In this document: piece after piece, positions 50,112 to 59,565 of the stretch
Position numbering within the stretch: the stretch's first letter is position 1
Layout: each line of letters begins with the position of its first letter
Origin: Candidatus Falkowbacteria bacterium RIFOXYA2_FULL_47_19
Lineage (GTDB): Bacteria > Patescibacteriota > Patescibacteriia > Patescibacteriales > UBA12075
Direction: 5' to 3'
Assembly: GCA_001780275.1 (NCBI GenBank)
Contig: MFGB01000007.1
Location: 2,280 to 66,279 of the forward strand
DNA: 64,000 nucleotides
The notes under the pieces: model-generated
Told to the model about the DNA's origin: nothing
What the model saw: only the letters and a program-made list of their open reading frames with translations
The model's database searches: none
Translations under genes and position numbers: made by a program

Positions 50112-50462
50112 ATGAAAAAACGAATAGTTATTGCTGTTGTGGCAATTTTGCTACTTATGGTTAGTTTTAACTTGGCAATGACCGAAGATATTACCCTAAT
50201 AACAGAATCCGACGGCACGATTACGCTAGACGGCCATTCTTATGTTCCAATCAATTTATGGAATAAAAGGCCGGCGGATAACGTTAAATTGATCCTTACG
50301 GCGCTTTATACCTTTGAAAAAAAGCATCCGGAATTTAAGATCATCCATTGGCACATCGAAAAACAACAAGTCGCGATAAACGCGATGAATGAAATATACG
50401 GCCTCTGGGTTGATCATGAACTGCGGGAACCCGACCTTAAAAAAGAGAAGGAGAATAAATAA
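50112..50462 (+). CDS. hypothetical secreted protein
   Basis: Signal peptide; SD AAGGAG. Confidence 0.65.
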   Translation: MKKRIVIAVVAILLLMVSFNLAMTEDITLITESDGTITLDGHSYVPINLWNKRPADNVKLILTALYTFEKKHPEFKIIHWHIEKQQVAINAMNEIYGLWVDHELREPDLKKEKENK

Positions 50463-50914
50463 TGCTTGACCCCAAAAGAATAACTATCTATGACTATGTC
50501 ATAGAAGATCATTCCCTGAAAAGTTTCCAAGCTTACAAGCTTAGGGCCTGCCCGGTCTGCGGCGGCAAACATCTGGATAGCGTTGACGTTTGTCCGGAAA
50601 AAAACCAGCCGATAACCGCGGCCGCGGCCAAGCGCCTGGCTCAAGAAAAATATCTGGCTGAAAAAATTCCGGATATGAAATATATGATGCGTTCTCTCGC
50701 GTCCGGCGCTATAGCGGCCTTAATTTCTATATTAACGGTGTTCTTCAGTTATGATAAATTTCAAAGCCTTGATCCGGATAAAGGATTTACTATCACGGCG
50801 CTGGCGTTTGTATTGCCACTGATGCTAAGTTATGTTATTGGCGGTTATCTGGAAATAAAACGGAAAAACCGCATCCTGGCGGAATTTAAAAAGCAATATG
50901 AGCCAAGGGAGTAA
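50462..50914 (+). CDS. hypothetical membrane protein with Cys/His cluster
   Basis: CPVCGGKH......C then two TMs; SD AAGGAG; coupled start. Confidence 0.65.
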   Translation: MLDPKRITIYDYVIEDHSLKSFQAYKLRACPVCGGKHLDSVDVCPEKNQPITAAAAKRLAQEKYLAEKIPDMKYMMRSLASGAIAALISILTVFFSYDKFQSLDPDKGFTITALAFVLPLMLSYVIGGYLEIKRKNRILAEFKKQYEPRE

Positions 50915-50920
50915 AACGTT

Positions 50921-51181
50921 ATGAGAAAAGAAAACGCCTGGCGCGAATTTCTGGATAAGCATTATCCGTATAGAAAAATGATGCTATTCTGGGTTTTTAT
51001 AATGCTACTCAGCGTCTCATCGTCCTTATGGCTGGCCCGGACACTTGAAAAATGGGTCTGGCTTAATAACGGACTTTCTCCCCTTATCTCTCTCATCCCC
51101 TTTGCCGCGCTCTTTCTTCTGGGTATTACCCTGGAGATAAGGGTAGAAAACCGCCTTCAGAAAGAATTTGACGAGCAATAA
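50921..51181 (+). CDS. hypothetical two-TM membrane protein
   Basis: Two hydrophobic helices; SD AGGGAG. Confidence 0.6.
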   Translation: MRKENAWREFLDKHYPYRKMMLFWVFIMLLSVSSSLWLARTLEKWVWLNNGLSPLISLIPFAALFLLGITLEIRVENRLQKEFDEQ

Positions 51182-51209
51182 AAAATTCTCACAGAAAAAG
51201 GAGGAAACC

Positions 51210-51440
51210 GTGAAATTTTATGAAGCAGAAAAAATGACCGAAGCGTGCGTAAGCGCCGCCGACCAAGCGTGGCAACATCGCTTCGGTGGCGCCTACACAG
51301 ACGGCGCCAAAGAGGCGATCGGACGCTTGGCCGCGATTATGCTTCAGGCCTGCCTGGATGGAAAAATCGATAATCCAACAGAGCCGCCCAAATCGAACAA
51401 AACCTGGGACCAAAAGACTCCAGGCTCCGGCATGCCCTAA
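51210..51440 (+). CDS. hypothetical protein
   Basis: GTG start behind AAGGAGG; terminator at about 51445-51478 follows. Confidence 0.55.
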   Translation: MKFYEAEKMTEACVSAADQAWQHRFGGAYTDGAKEAIGRLAAIMLQACLDGKIDNPTEPPKSNKTWDQKTPGSGMP

Positions 51441-51486
51441 GCCAAAAAACTCTCGCGAAAACGCGGGAGTCTTTTTTATTTTTCAT

Positions 51487-51554
51487 CTCCCTCTCCCCCA
51501 ACCCCTCCCCAAGCTTGGGGAGGGGGCCTGAACGAAGTGAAGGCGGGGGGGGGG
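51487..51554. repeat. C-rich/G-rich palindromic repeat
   Basis: CCCCTCCCCAAGCTTGGGGAGGGGG hairpin with flanking C and G runs. Confidence 0.65.
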
Positions 51555-51614
51555 AATTTTAAGCCCGCTCAAGCAGACTACATCTTACATTCAACATTTG
51601 TAATTCGCAAATCG

Positions 51615-52838
51615 TCAATCGTCAATCCCGATAATTCCTCCCCCGAGTACTTCATCCCCCTTATAAAACACGACCGACTGCCCCGGCGTTACCGCTCGCT
51701 GAGGTTCGCTCAATTTAACTTCATGGATTTTCCCGCTTCCCGTTTTCCCGCTTCTTACTTCGCACTTTACCGCCTTATGCCGATATCTTATTACCGCTTC
51801 GCATTTTAAGGGCATAGCCGGCTCTTGACCTAAAGTCCAATTCACTTCTCCGGCGATAAAATTATCGCGGTAAAGCGCCGAATCGTCGGCGTCTTTCACG
51901 ACATATAAAGTGTTAGTTTTGTAGTCCGTTCCGGAAACATAAAAAGGGCCTGTCCCGCCGATTTCTACTCCCTTGCGCTGACCGATCGTATAAAGCGGCA
52001 GACCCTGGTGCTTGCCAATCTCACGGCCAAGCAGTCCTCCCCCCTTTCGGAGGGGGGAGACAGAGGGGGGTTCACTGGCCAGCACAATCGGCCCCGGCTC
52101 CATCTTCAGATATTTTTTCAGATACTCGTTGTGTTCTAGTATTTTTCCTTCGCCGTTTAAAAAACAAACGTCCTGGCTCTCGCCAGTTAAATGCGGCAAT
52201 CCGGCCCGAGCCGCGATCTCCCGGATCTCGTCTTTGGCATAATCTCCCAGAGGAAATAATACCCGCTTAAGCCGGGCCTGTGTCAAACTATACAAAAAAT
52301 AACTCTGATCCTTATTTTTATCCTTTCCCCGGCATAATCGATGTTTATTTCCACTTCGGTCATTCGGCAATCGCAAATCGGCAATCGACAATCCCACGTA
52401 ATGTCCCGTCGCCAGATAATCCGCCCCGAGCTCGTCCGCTATGCGCAAAAGTTCGCCGAACTTAATGAGCCGGTTGCACCGGACACAGGGGTTGGGCGTT
52501 ATCCCCTCTTTATAACTTTTCAAAAAATAATCGATTACCTCCTGCCGAAATCTGGCGGCCAGATTGACCGGATAGAATTTTATGCCGAGCTTTTGGCATA
52601 CCTGCCGCGCCGCCGCTTCGCTTTTGTCATTAGGAAACCCCAGGCGCATGAATATGCCGGTTACGTCATAACCCTCATTCTGCAATAAAAAAGCCGCCAC
52701 AGACGAGTCTACTCCGCCCGACATAGCGACAACAACACGAGATTTTTTTCTAGCACCGCCGGCTTGCCCCGCAGAATCCCGAAGGGATTTGTGCGGGGAC
52801 ATGGCCACTACGACTTTCTTTTTTATTTTTTCAAACAT
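51615..52838 (-). CDS. mnmA: tRNA-specific 2-thiouridylase MnmA (with in-frame repeat insertions)
   Basis: AMSGGVDS, TPNPC..CN..IKF, ATGHY, KDQSYFL, ESQDVCF, YTIGQR, TPGQ. Confidence 0.95.
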   Translation of the reverse strand: MFEKIKKKVVVAMSPHKSLRDSAGQAGGARKKSRVVVAMSGGVDSSVAAFLLQNEGYDVTGIFMRLGFPNDKSEAAARQVCQKLGIKFYPVNLAARFRQEVIDYFLKSYKEGITPNPCVRCNRLIKFGELLRIADELGADYLATGHYVGLSIADLRLPNDRSGNKHRLCRGKDKNKDQSYFLYSLTQARLKRVLFPLGDYAKDEIREIAARAGLPHLTGESQDVCFLNGEGKILEHNEYLKKYLKMEPGPIVLASEPPSVSPLRKGGGLLGREIGKHQGLPLYTIGQRKGVEIGGTGPFYVSGTDYKTNTLYVVKDADDSALYRDNFIAGEVNWTLGQEPAMPLKCEAVIRYRHKAVKCEVRSGKTGSGKIHEVKLSEPQRAVTPGQSVVFYKGDEVLGGGIIGIDD

Positions 52839-52863
52839 ACTAAATTTTGAATAATCTTTTTAA

Positions 52864-52941
52864 TTACACATCTCGCCCGCCGTAGCGTAAGCGGAGGAGG
52901 GACATGGCGACGACCACTTTTTTATTTTTTAAATTTTTCAT
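52864..52941 (-). pseudogene. relic copy of the mnmA 5' end interrupted by a palindrome
   Basis: MKNLKNKKVVVAMS-LLRLRYGGRDV*; same KKVVVAMS as mnmA. Confidence 0.65.
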
Positions 52942-53016
52942 TCTACTAAAATACACACCGATTTTGTCGGTGGAATTATTAGTTAACGGACTTCGTCCTT
53001 TTTACTGGAACATTGA

Positions 53017-53144
53017 TTTGTCATCCCCGAATCCGCCCGGGGCGGATATCGGGGATCCAGGGTTAATCCGTACCGACAACTATAAACATAAAACGTAGTT
53101 AATTTTGCTTACTCCTGGATTCCCGCCTACGCGGGAATGACAAA
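53017..53144. repeat. GTCAT...GGGAATGAC two-hairpin palindromic element (REP/MITE-like)
   Basis: TTTGTCATCCCCGA...TCGGGGATCCAGG...CCTGGATTCCCGCCTACGCGGGAATGACAAA with terminal inverted TTTGTCAT/ATGACAAA. Confidence 0.7.
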
Positions 53145-53325
53145 GATGATGATTATATATAAAAATTTACGTTATATTCCAGGGTTTACTAGTACTAAAA
53201 CGATCGCGCCTGACTTCGTTCGTAGATACGTAACTGTGGGCGATCGGCTTCGCCGGTGGATTTTTCATTCTATTAAAACAAAAAGCGCCGGCAGCGCTTT
53301 CGTGCTAAATACTAAATGCTTCATA

Positions 53326-54717
53326 CTACATGCTCAGCACCAATATATCCGACAAGCCGCCTTCCAATGCGTGGAACTTAAAATATATCAGGCTGGTAAC
53401 GAAAAGAATCACCAGAAAACTCTGCAATATCACGTGCTTGTGCTGAATCTCGTACCGGACTATGATGTTGACGATCAGGGCCATGATCAAAAGAGTAAGA
53501 ATGGCGATAAAGACGTAATTTACCGTTCTGGCTATGCCGGAGGCGCGCATGGTACTGGCGTCAGCTGTATTCTTGAATACGAGCGGTTCGCCCGGAATAT
53601 TCTTTTCCAGGGCGCTGTTAGGGCTTACTGGATCCGCCAGCGCTAATTTTGACCCGTCCGCGGCCGGAACGGTTTCCGGCAATACCGGCGGGATCGCCGG
53701 CAATATTTCCGGTTCGTTCATGATCTTCTCTTCAGCCGTTGGATTGGAGCTCACTTTATCTGCCGGTTTAGACTCAACGGTTTCCGTTTTCGGCGCCGGT
53801 TTTATGGCCGGTTTAACGACGGCGACTGCCGGAGAGGGCTTATCTTCCGTTTTCTTTTCTTCATCGGCCAATACGGCGACCGTTTCCGGAGCGGCCGGAA
53901 TTACCGACGGAGCCGGCATATCGCTTTTGGCTATTGTTGGCGCGGCCGGCCTGGTCGTGCCGAAAAGCTGGACCAAAACATTGGTTTGTTTGCCATTCAT
54001 GGTTCCGGTTACCATCGCCAGCCCGACATCGACGTAACGTTCGTTCAGTATGTTATGCTTGTGCGATGCCGAATTCATAAGAGCCCGGTGAGCTGAATCG
54101 GCTGAGGTGAAATTCATGGCCAGATTCTCGCCGACGAAAAGATATTTATATTGGCCGCGGTCGATCCAATCCCAGGGTTTTTTACCGTCCGGCGAGTGGT
54201 GGGCGAAATAACCCTTGGCGATCATGTCTTCGGCTTTCTCGTGCGCCGCGATATTGAGTACCAGGTTGGACTTAACGGTTCCCAGTCCCGCTTCGGATCT
54301 GGCGCCGTTTATGAGAGTCAATATTTCCTCGGTCATGTTTTCAGTCATGCGGCCTTCTTCCGGATAGACCAGGAATAAATATCCGACCAGGGATATTTTT
54401 ATGACGACCAGAAGCAATATGATAAGGGCGAGAGAATGAGCGCGGAGTATCTTCGGTTTATGGCCGTTTCCTTCATGAGGAATAAAATAATCGCAAAACA
54501 ACCGGCTCGAATCGGCGCAGTATTTCCTGAACGTTTCCCGGCCGGTCCTAAGTTCGTTTATCTCCTTTTCTTCGTTTCGAAAAAAGTCTTTCAGGTTTTG
54601 CTTAACATCCTGATATTTTTTCTTTCCATCTTGCCAAAAAAAGGCTATTAACTTATAGAGTAAATAAGCTAATATTAAATATAAAATTCCTCTTTTTTTA
54701 TCGTTTTTTTGCGTCAT
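53326..54717 (-). CDS. CAP (SCP-like) domain membrane protein
   Basis: LIN..R, KAEDM...YFAH, GENLA, LMNS.SH..NIL; Pro/Ala/Glu linker; C-terminal TMs. Confidence 0.88.
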   Translation of the reverse strand: MTQKNDKKRGILYLILAYLLYKLIAFFWQDGKKKYQDVKQNLKDFFRNEEKEINELRTGRETFRKYCADSSRLFCDYFIPHEGNGHKPKILRAHSLALIILLLVVIKISLVGYLFLVYPEEGRMTENMTEEILTLINGARSEAGLGTVKSNLVLNIAAHEKAEDMIAKGYFAHHSPDGKKPWDWIDRGQYKYLFVGENLAMNFTSADSAHRALMNSASHKHNILNERYVDVGLAMVTGTMNGKQTNVLVQLFGTTRPAAPTIAKSDMPAPSVIPAAPETVAVLADEEKKTEDKPSPAVAVVKPAIKPAPKTETVESKPADKVSSNPTAEEKIMNEPEILPAIPPVLPETVPAADGSKLALADPVSPNSALEKNIPGEPLVFKNTADASTMRASGIARTVNYVFIAILTLLIMALIVNIIVRYEIQHKHVILQSFLVILFVTSLIYFKFHALEGGLSDILVLSM

Positions 54718-54779
54718 AAATTTTATAGTTTAATAATAGCATAAAAAGACTGAAACGTCAAGAAAAAAAAATCGCAACC

Positions 54780-54808
54780 GTAGAGACGCCCCGCTAGGGC
54801 GTCTCTAC
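54780..54808. repeat. GTAG-type REP-like palindrome
   Basis: GTAGAGACGCCCCGCTAGGGCGTCTCTAC. Confidence 0.8.
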
Positions 54809-54870
54809 CGCGAGGCATTGCCATGAACGAGGGCAATAAAAAACGGGCGATGTTTCGCCCGTATAAATGA

Positions 54871-55263
54871 TTACTTTTCGATTGTGCGAACTTTATATAA
54901 TTCCAGTTTGACTGCATCCGAATCGACCGCAAGTATCCTGAAGTTATACTTATGCTTGCCTATCATTATTTCGAATTTTTTGCTGTCTTTCTTGCAAAGC
55001 GTCTGGAGGCGAAGCTGGGGACTGCTATAACCCTCAATATAAAATCCCTCTTTAAAAAAATCCTGCCCCAAATAAACAATCCAACTGTCCTGGTCGTTTT
55101 GATCTGCGTTTCCCTGATCAGTGGGATATATCTTGACCGGCACTCTGATTTCAAGTGTTATAACCTGACTATTTCGATTATTCCGCTCCATCTTATCGGT
55201 ACAAGCCAATATCGCCAAAAAAACAAATGCCAGAATGACGAAATACTCCAATTTCTTTTTCAT
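54871..55263 (-). CDS. hypothetical lipoprotein
   Basis: MKKK, hydrophobic stretch, ILAC lipobox; SD AAGGGAGGGGT. Confidence 0.65.
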   Translation of the reverse strand: MKKKLEYFVILAFVFLAILACTDKMERNNRNSQVITLEIRVPVKIYPTDQGNADQNDQDSWIVYLGQDFFKEGFYIEGYSSPQLRLQTLCKKDSKKFEIMIGKHKYNFRILAVDSDAVKLELYKVRTIEK

Positions 55264-55284
55264 CGCACCCCTCCCCTTTTTTAT

Positions 55285-55719
55285 TTACAAAACCCCCATT
55301 TTACGGAACCAGTATTCCCAAACCGGTTCCATTTTTAAATTTTTCATCTCTGCCGGGGTATACCACCCCATGGACTTCGCTTCTCCGTCTTCTTTCCGCT
55401 CTTTGCCTTCGACTTCGCAGGAATACAGATACCAATAATGCGATCCAACCCCGGCACCGCAATAGTTCCATAATACTTCTTCCTCGAAGAGCAGGGCGTG
55501 GCTCACGACCTTAAGGCCGCTTTCTTCTTCTGTTTCCCGGATGAGCGCCTCTTCTGGCGTTTCCCCTTCGTCAACATGACCGGCCAGACCGGCGAATCCG
55601 AAAGGTTCTCGGACGCGGTCGATCAACAGGTATTTCCCGTCTTTCCTGATGACAGCTCCGACGGAAAAATGCATCGGACGCCCGTCGGAACTTGTCCCTG
55701 ATTTTGGTTTCGGGTGCAT
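55285..55719 (-). CDS. NUDIX hydrolase
   Basis: Nudix box GHVDEGETPEEALIRETEEESGL. Confidence 0.92.
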   Translation of the reverse strand: MHPKPKSGTSSDGRPMHFSVGAVIRKDGKYLLIDRVREPFGFAGLAGHVDEGETPEEALIRETEEESGLKVVSHALLFEEEVLWNYCGAGVGSHYWYLYSCEVEGKERKEDGEAKSMGWYTPAEMKNLKMEPVWEYWFRKMGVL

Positions 55720-55751
55720 GCGAAGTCCTTTCTTATTTTTTTTAAATAAAA

Positions 55752-56429
55752 TTAATTCTGTTTTTTGTCTTCTATAAGCTCCGCAATTACGACGAGTCTT
55801 TGCGCCGTCGAATAGATCGGCGTGCAGGTAAACATGGTCAGGGTCGGTTTTTCGGTCGGATTCATAATGGACAGGTCGGTCGGTTCAACTACCTTAATCT
55901 CCTTTATGCGATAAAAATAATCCTTTTCTTTATATATCACGGAAACGATATCCCCTATCACTAATTTATCAAACAGGAAGAAGGTCAGATTATTGGGCGG
56001 CAGGTATTTAAAACGGTGTCCGGTAATGACCGTATTCCCCCCCTTGTCCGGGGTCGAGCTTTCGGGTACGCGCCAGGAGCCGCGGGACAGACCGTACTCG
56101 GCCGTTTTCGCTTCCACGATCGGCGCGTTGACGCCGATCTTGGTGATTATTATCCGGTTGGGCGAAACTGCGTACTCGGCTTCGGGCAGCTTACTCACGA
56201 TCTTGGCTGTTTTCTCTTTGACGATAACCTCGTCCTGGTGTACGGCCGCCGCCTCCGTACTCGTGCCCATAGATCCGGCCAGTGACACCTCCTCTCTTTG
56301 CATTATCCTGTATTTGACGGAAGGGTAGATCGGCAGGGCGAATATATAAACGATCACGAGGATAGCCAAAAATTCCATTATTAAAACGGCCGCCTTAATG
56401 ACTTTTTCTTTTATCCCTTTTTCGCGCAT
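55752..56429 (-). CDS. sortase (class D/E-like)
   Basis: N-terminal TM; GNTVITGHR (His), LTMFTC (Cys), QRLVV (Arg). Confidence 0.92.
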   Translation of the reverse strand: MREKGIKEKVIKAAVLIMEFLAILVIVYIFALPIYPSVKYRIMQREEVSLAGSMGTSTEAAAVHQDEVIVKEKTAKIVSKLPEAEYAVSPNRIIITKIGVNAPIVEAKTAEYGLSRGSWRVPESSTPDKGGNTVITGHRFKYLPPNNLTFFLFDKLVIGDIVSVIYKEKDYFYRIKEIKVVEPTDLSIMNPTEKPTLTMFTCTPIYSTAQRLVVIAELIEDKKQN

Positions 56430-56445
56430 TTATATATTTATATTA

Positions 56446-59400
56446 TTAATTTTTACCCGCAAAGCTCTTTCTTAACCGAAGTGGCCTGGTCTTTTTTAAG
56501 TTAACGACCTCGGGCATTTCTTCGTTATTGACCGAACGCTCCTTGATGGTCAGGATGATCGTTAAAATCACGAAAATCACGGAAAGCGCTATCAGGAGTT
56601 TCATGGCCAATCGGGCCGGAGCCAGATCGATCTTATTGCCGATACGCCCGGAGGTATCCAAAAAAGCGAAATCGTTTTCGCCGGGGTAAAAAGCCCGGTC
56701 TAATTCCGCGGCGGTCTCGTCCGCATATCCGGCGGCTAAAGCCTTTTCCGGCTGACCGACGATATCATCGAGGAAGCCGAGGCGGGAAATAGCCGGGCCG
56801 ACCGCGGCCGGTTCCGGAGCGTCAAGCTCCTCGCTCGCGCCCGCTACCGCTATGGTTCTGATCTCCAGGCTGGACCAATCTTTTGTCGATTCCTCATCGC
56901 CGGATACAACCTCTATGCCGATCAGATATAAACCTGATTCCACAGCCTCCGAAGCTTGCACGGAAAATGTAATGTTTTTAAATTCTCCCGGTTTTATATC
57001 TCCCAGATCCCAATGTTTGTTTATTATACCACTCTCATCAGAAAATGTCAATCCATCCGCCAGATTTCCGCTCAAAACGACGTTTTCGGCCATTTTACTG
57101 CCATTATTGGTAATAATAGCCTCATAACCGACCTTATCGCCGGGATTAGCCGATCCGGCACCGCCCTTAAGGCCGATTTCAAGTTGATACTGGTAACCGG
57201 ACCAATCCGGATTTTCCACCTTGATCTTAGCCGAACCGACCACGGCCACAAAATCATCCTTAGCCGCGTCGTACCCTTCAACGGTCACTTCGTTCACATA
57301 AACCCCGCTCCGGATATTAGACGTAATCTCGAGCGAATAGCCGATACTGACCTCTTCGCGGTCGAGAACCGCGCCCAGTTCCCAAAGTTCCCGGTTGACC
57401 TCAACCTTCCCCTCTTCACCCGATAGAATATCAAGAACCAGAACATCCTCCATGGGCGTACCGCCCGGATTCCTGATCGTAATCGTATAATTGACGACGT
57501 CGCCCGGACGGACAATATCGGCCGCGTCATTGGTTTTGACTACGATCAGGGCGGGAGATATATTACCGCTCCTGTTATCGGCATCGGTTTGAGATGATAA
57601 AGAATTACCCGCGCCGCCGACAGCGGCGGCATTCCCGCCATCCACGATAACGGTACCGCCCGCGGAATTATCGCCCGGATCGCGGTCGTTTTCGACGGAT
57701 GAAATCGCAACGGTATTATCCGCGTTATGATGCCCCGCCGAAATATCGTCCCTGACCCTGACGGCATAACTTAAGCTGCCCTGCGTATTGGGCGGGAGAT
57801 CTGAGAGCGGCCACGCGACATTACCGGCGCCCTCCTCGCTCCAGACGTAATTTTCGTCATAATCGTCGGATAGAGTCACTCCGGTCGCCAGGCCGTCGCC
57901 TTTGTTGCCGAACAGGAAGGTGTAATTTATATATTCCCCCCGCCTGACCGGTTCCGCCTTCTCTCCGGCTTCGGCGGACAAGCCTCCGTTTATGGATTCA
58001 GTGACCCAAAGGTCCGGCGCCCCGAACGCCAGGTTGCCCTGCCAGTCGCCGAAAACGTTGATCATGGAAAATTCCCAGTTATCGCCGGTAAAATTCGAAT
58101 TGATGAAATTGAACAGGCTGTTCTCTATGTTTATATCGCCGGTATCGATACTTCCGCCCTCCCCGTGAAGGATCGAATTGCCGCCGGTCGAGGCGTTGAT
58201 CTCTATATTGTTGGTAGTCGAGGCCTGGTTGGTATTACCGACGATCATCTGCGCGTAAGAGGCGTAAAATTCCGGATCAGAAAGGATATCGTTATAAATA
58301 GTGATGCCGTATTCGTCCTCTAGATACCCGTAACCCGGAGGAAGCCCCGTAACGAAGCCGTCCCAATTCCCGAAAATATTCACCCGGGCGAGCTTCCAGG
58401 CGTTGCCGCTCACGCTGTAGTTAATAAGATTGAATACGTGGGACTGAACCGTAGCGTCGCCGGTCGTTATATCGCCCCCTTCTTCGGCTAAATTGCTCCC
58501 AGTGTCCGCGTTCACGTCGATATCGTTTAAAAGCCCGGCCGTATCGGTGTTGGCGAGGATAATACTCGGGGAGTCGACGTCGGATTCAGTGATTCCGGCG
58601 ATTTCCTCGGTGGTCGTTCCCGCGGTTTCGTCCGTGCCGGTGGCTATTCCCGGGGCCGGCAATATAATATCGCCCTGAAGCTCGCCGAAAATATTTACTA
58701 CGGCGAAGAGCCAGTTATTCCCGGCCACGTTCAGGTTGGCGATATTCACGAGATCATTAACGATCTCAATATCGCCTGTTTCTATCAGCCCGAAACCGGT
58801 CGAGGTGGCGATTATATTGTCTCCGGTGTTGGCGTCGATAATGACGTTGTTGTCGATCGAGGCCTGATTGCCGTTATTTACGGTAAGATAGCAGCTGCCG
58901 GCTTCGCAAGCCGCCGGTTCTTCTCCCGCCGGCGTGGCGTCGTTAAAGCCGGACAGATCGATCGCGCCCATGACATGGTTGAAAATATTGATAAAATACT
59001 CCTTGCCGGGACCGAAGAAATTATTATTTATATAATTCAAAATAATATTGACAATGCCGACGTCACCAGTCGTGATCGAAGCGTCCCCGGATGACGACGC
59101 GATAGTATTTCCGCCGCTATCGCCGTTAAGGAGGACATCATTCGTGGTCGTAGCCGCGTTAATGTTGTCTATTGAAACGGTGCTCGTCGCCGCCTCCGGA
59201 CATTGTGCGCCGCAATCGGCTTCCAGGCTATTCGAATTAACGTTATTTTCGGTAATAGCCTCGATATTCGCGTCGCCCGTCATTATGGATGAGGTGGCGG
59301 TGTTATCAGCCGATCCGTTAATGTCTGGTAGGCCCGCGTCATTGCCTGTATCCGCCTCGTCAAGTTCGATGATTTGTGTATCGCCGCTTTCCTCTTCCGC

Positions 59401-59565
59401 TTCCGCCGCCGCGGCGGCGGTCTCGGCATTGTCCGCGACGAATTCATTCTCCTCGTCCGCCAAAACCAGTACGACATTATACGAATACAGCGCAACAAAT
59501 AGGATTGCCGCGAAAACAACGATCTTTTCTTTTATTTTTAAATTTTCATGATTATGTCTGGACAT
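56446..59565 (-). CDS. large surface protein: Asn/Thr/Gly repeat region, three DUF11-like Ig domains, C-terminal TM anchor
   Basis: Signal peptide; five (A.TG.N)...I.TGD......N..N repeats; PGD...YTI...N.G domains; TM plus basic tail. Confidence 0.85.
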   Translation of the reverse strand: MSRHNHENLKIKEKIVVFAAILFVALYSYNVVLVLADEENEFVADNAETAAAAAEAEEESGDTQIIELDEADTGNDAGLPDINGSADNTATSSIMTGDANIEAITENNVNSNSLEADCGAQCPEAATSTVSIDNINAATTTNDVLLNGDSGGNTIASSSGDASITTGDVGIVNIILNYINNNFFGPGKEYFINIFNHVMGAIDLSGFNDATPAGEEPAACEAGSCYLTVNNGNQASIDNNVIIDANTGDNIIATSTGFGLIETGDIEIVNDLVNIANLNVAGNNWLFAVVNIFGELQGDIILPAPGIATGTDETAGTTTEEIAGITESDVDSPSIILANTDTAGLLNDIDVNADTGSNLAEEGGDITTGDATVQSHVFNLINYSVSGNAWKLARVNIFGNWDGFVTGLPPGYGYLEDEYGITIYNDILSDPEFYASYAQMIVGNTNQASTTNNIEINASTGGNSILHGEGGSIDTGDINIENSLFNFINSNFTGDNWEFSMINVFGDWQGNLAFGAPDLWVTESINGGLSAEAGEKAEPVRRGEYINYTFLFGNKGDGLATGVTLSDDYDENYVWSEEGAGNVAWPLSDLPPNTQGSLSYAVRVRDDISAGHHNADNTVAISSVENDRDPGDNSAGGTVIVDGGNAAAVGGAGNSLSSQTDADNRSGNISPALIVVKTNDAADIVRPGDVVNYTITIRNPGGTPMEDVLVLDILSGEEGKVEVNRELWELGAVLDREEVSIGYSLEITSNIRSGVYVNEVTVEGYDAAKDDFVAVVGSAKIKVENPDWSGYQYQLEIGLKGGAGSANPGDKVGYEAIITNNGSKMAENVVLSGNLADGLTFSDESGIINKHWDLGDIKPGEFKNITFSVQASEAVESGLYLIGIEVVSGDEESTKDWSSLEIRTIAVAGASEELDAPEPAAVGPAISRLGFLDDIVGQPEKALAAGYADETAAELDRAFYPGENDFAFLDTSGRIGNKIDLAPARLAMKLLIALSVIFVILTIILTIKERSVNNEEMPEVVNLKKTRPLRLRKSFAGKN

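Noticed and set aside
53137..53646. 169-aa plus-strand ORF and the many other antisense or nested ORFs in the track (e.g. 60655-61452, 41839-42474, 26553-26972)
   Set aside because: Shadow frames of well-supported opposite-strand genes or translations of palindromic repeats
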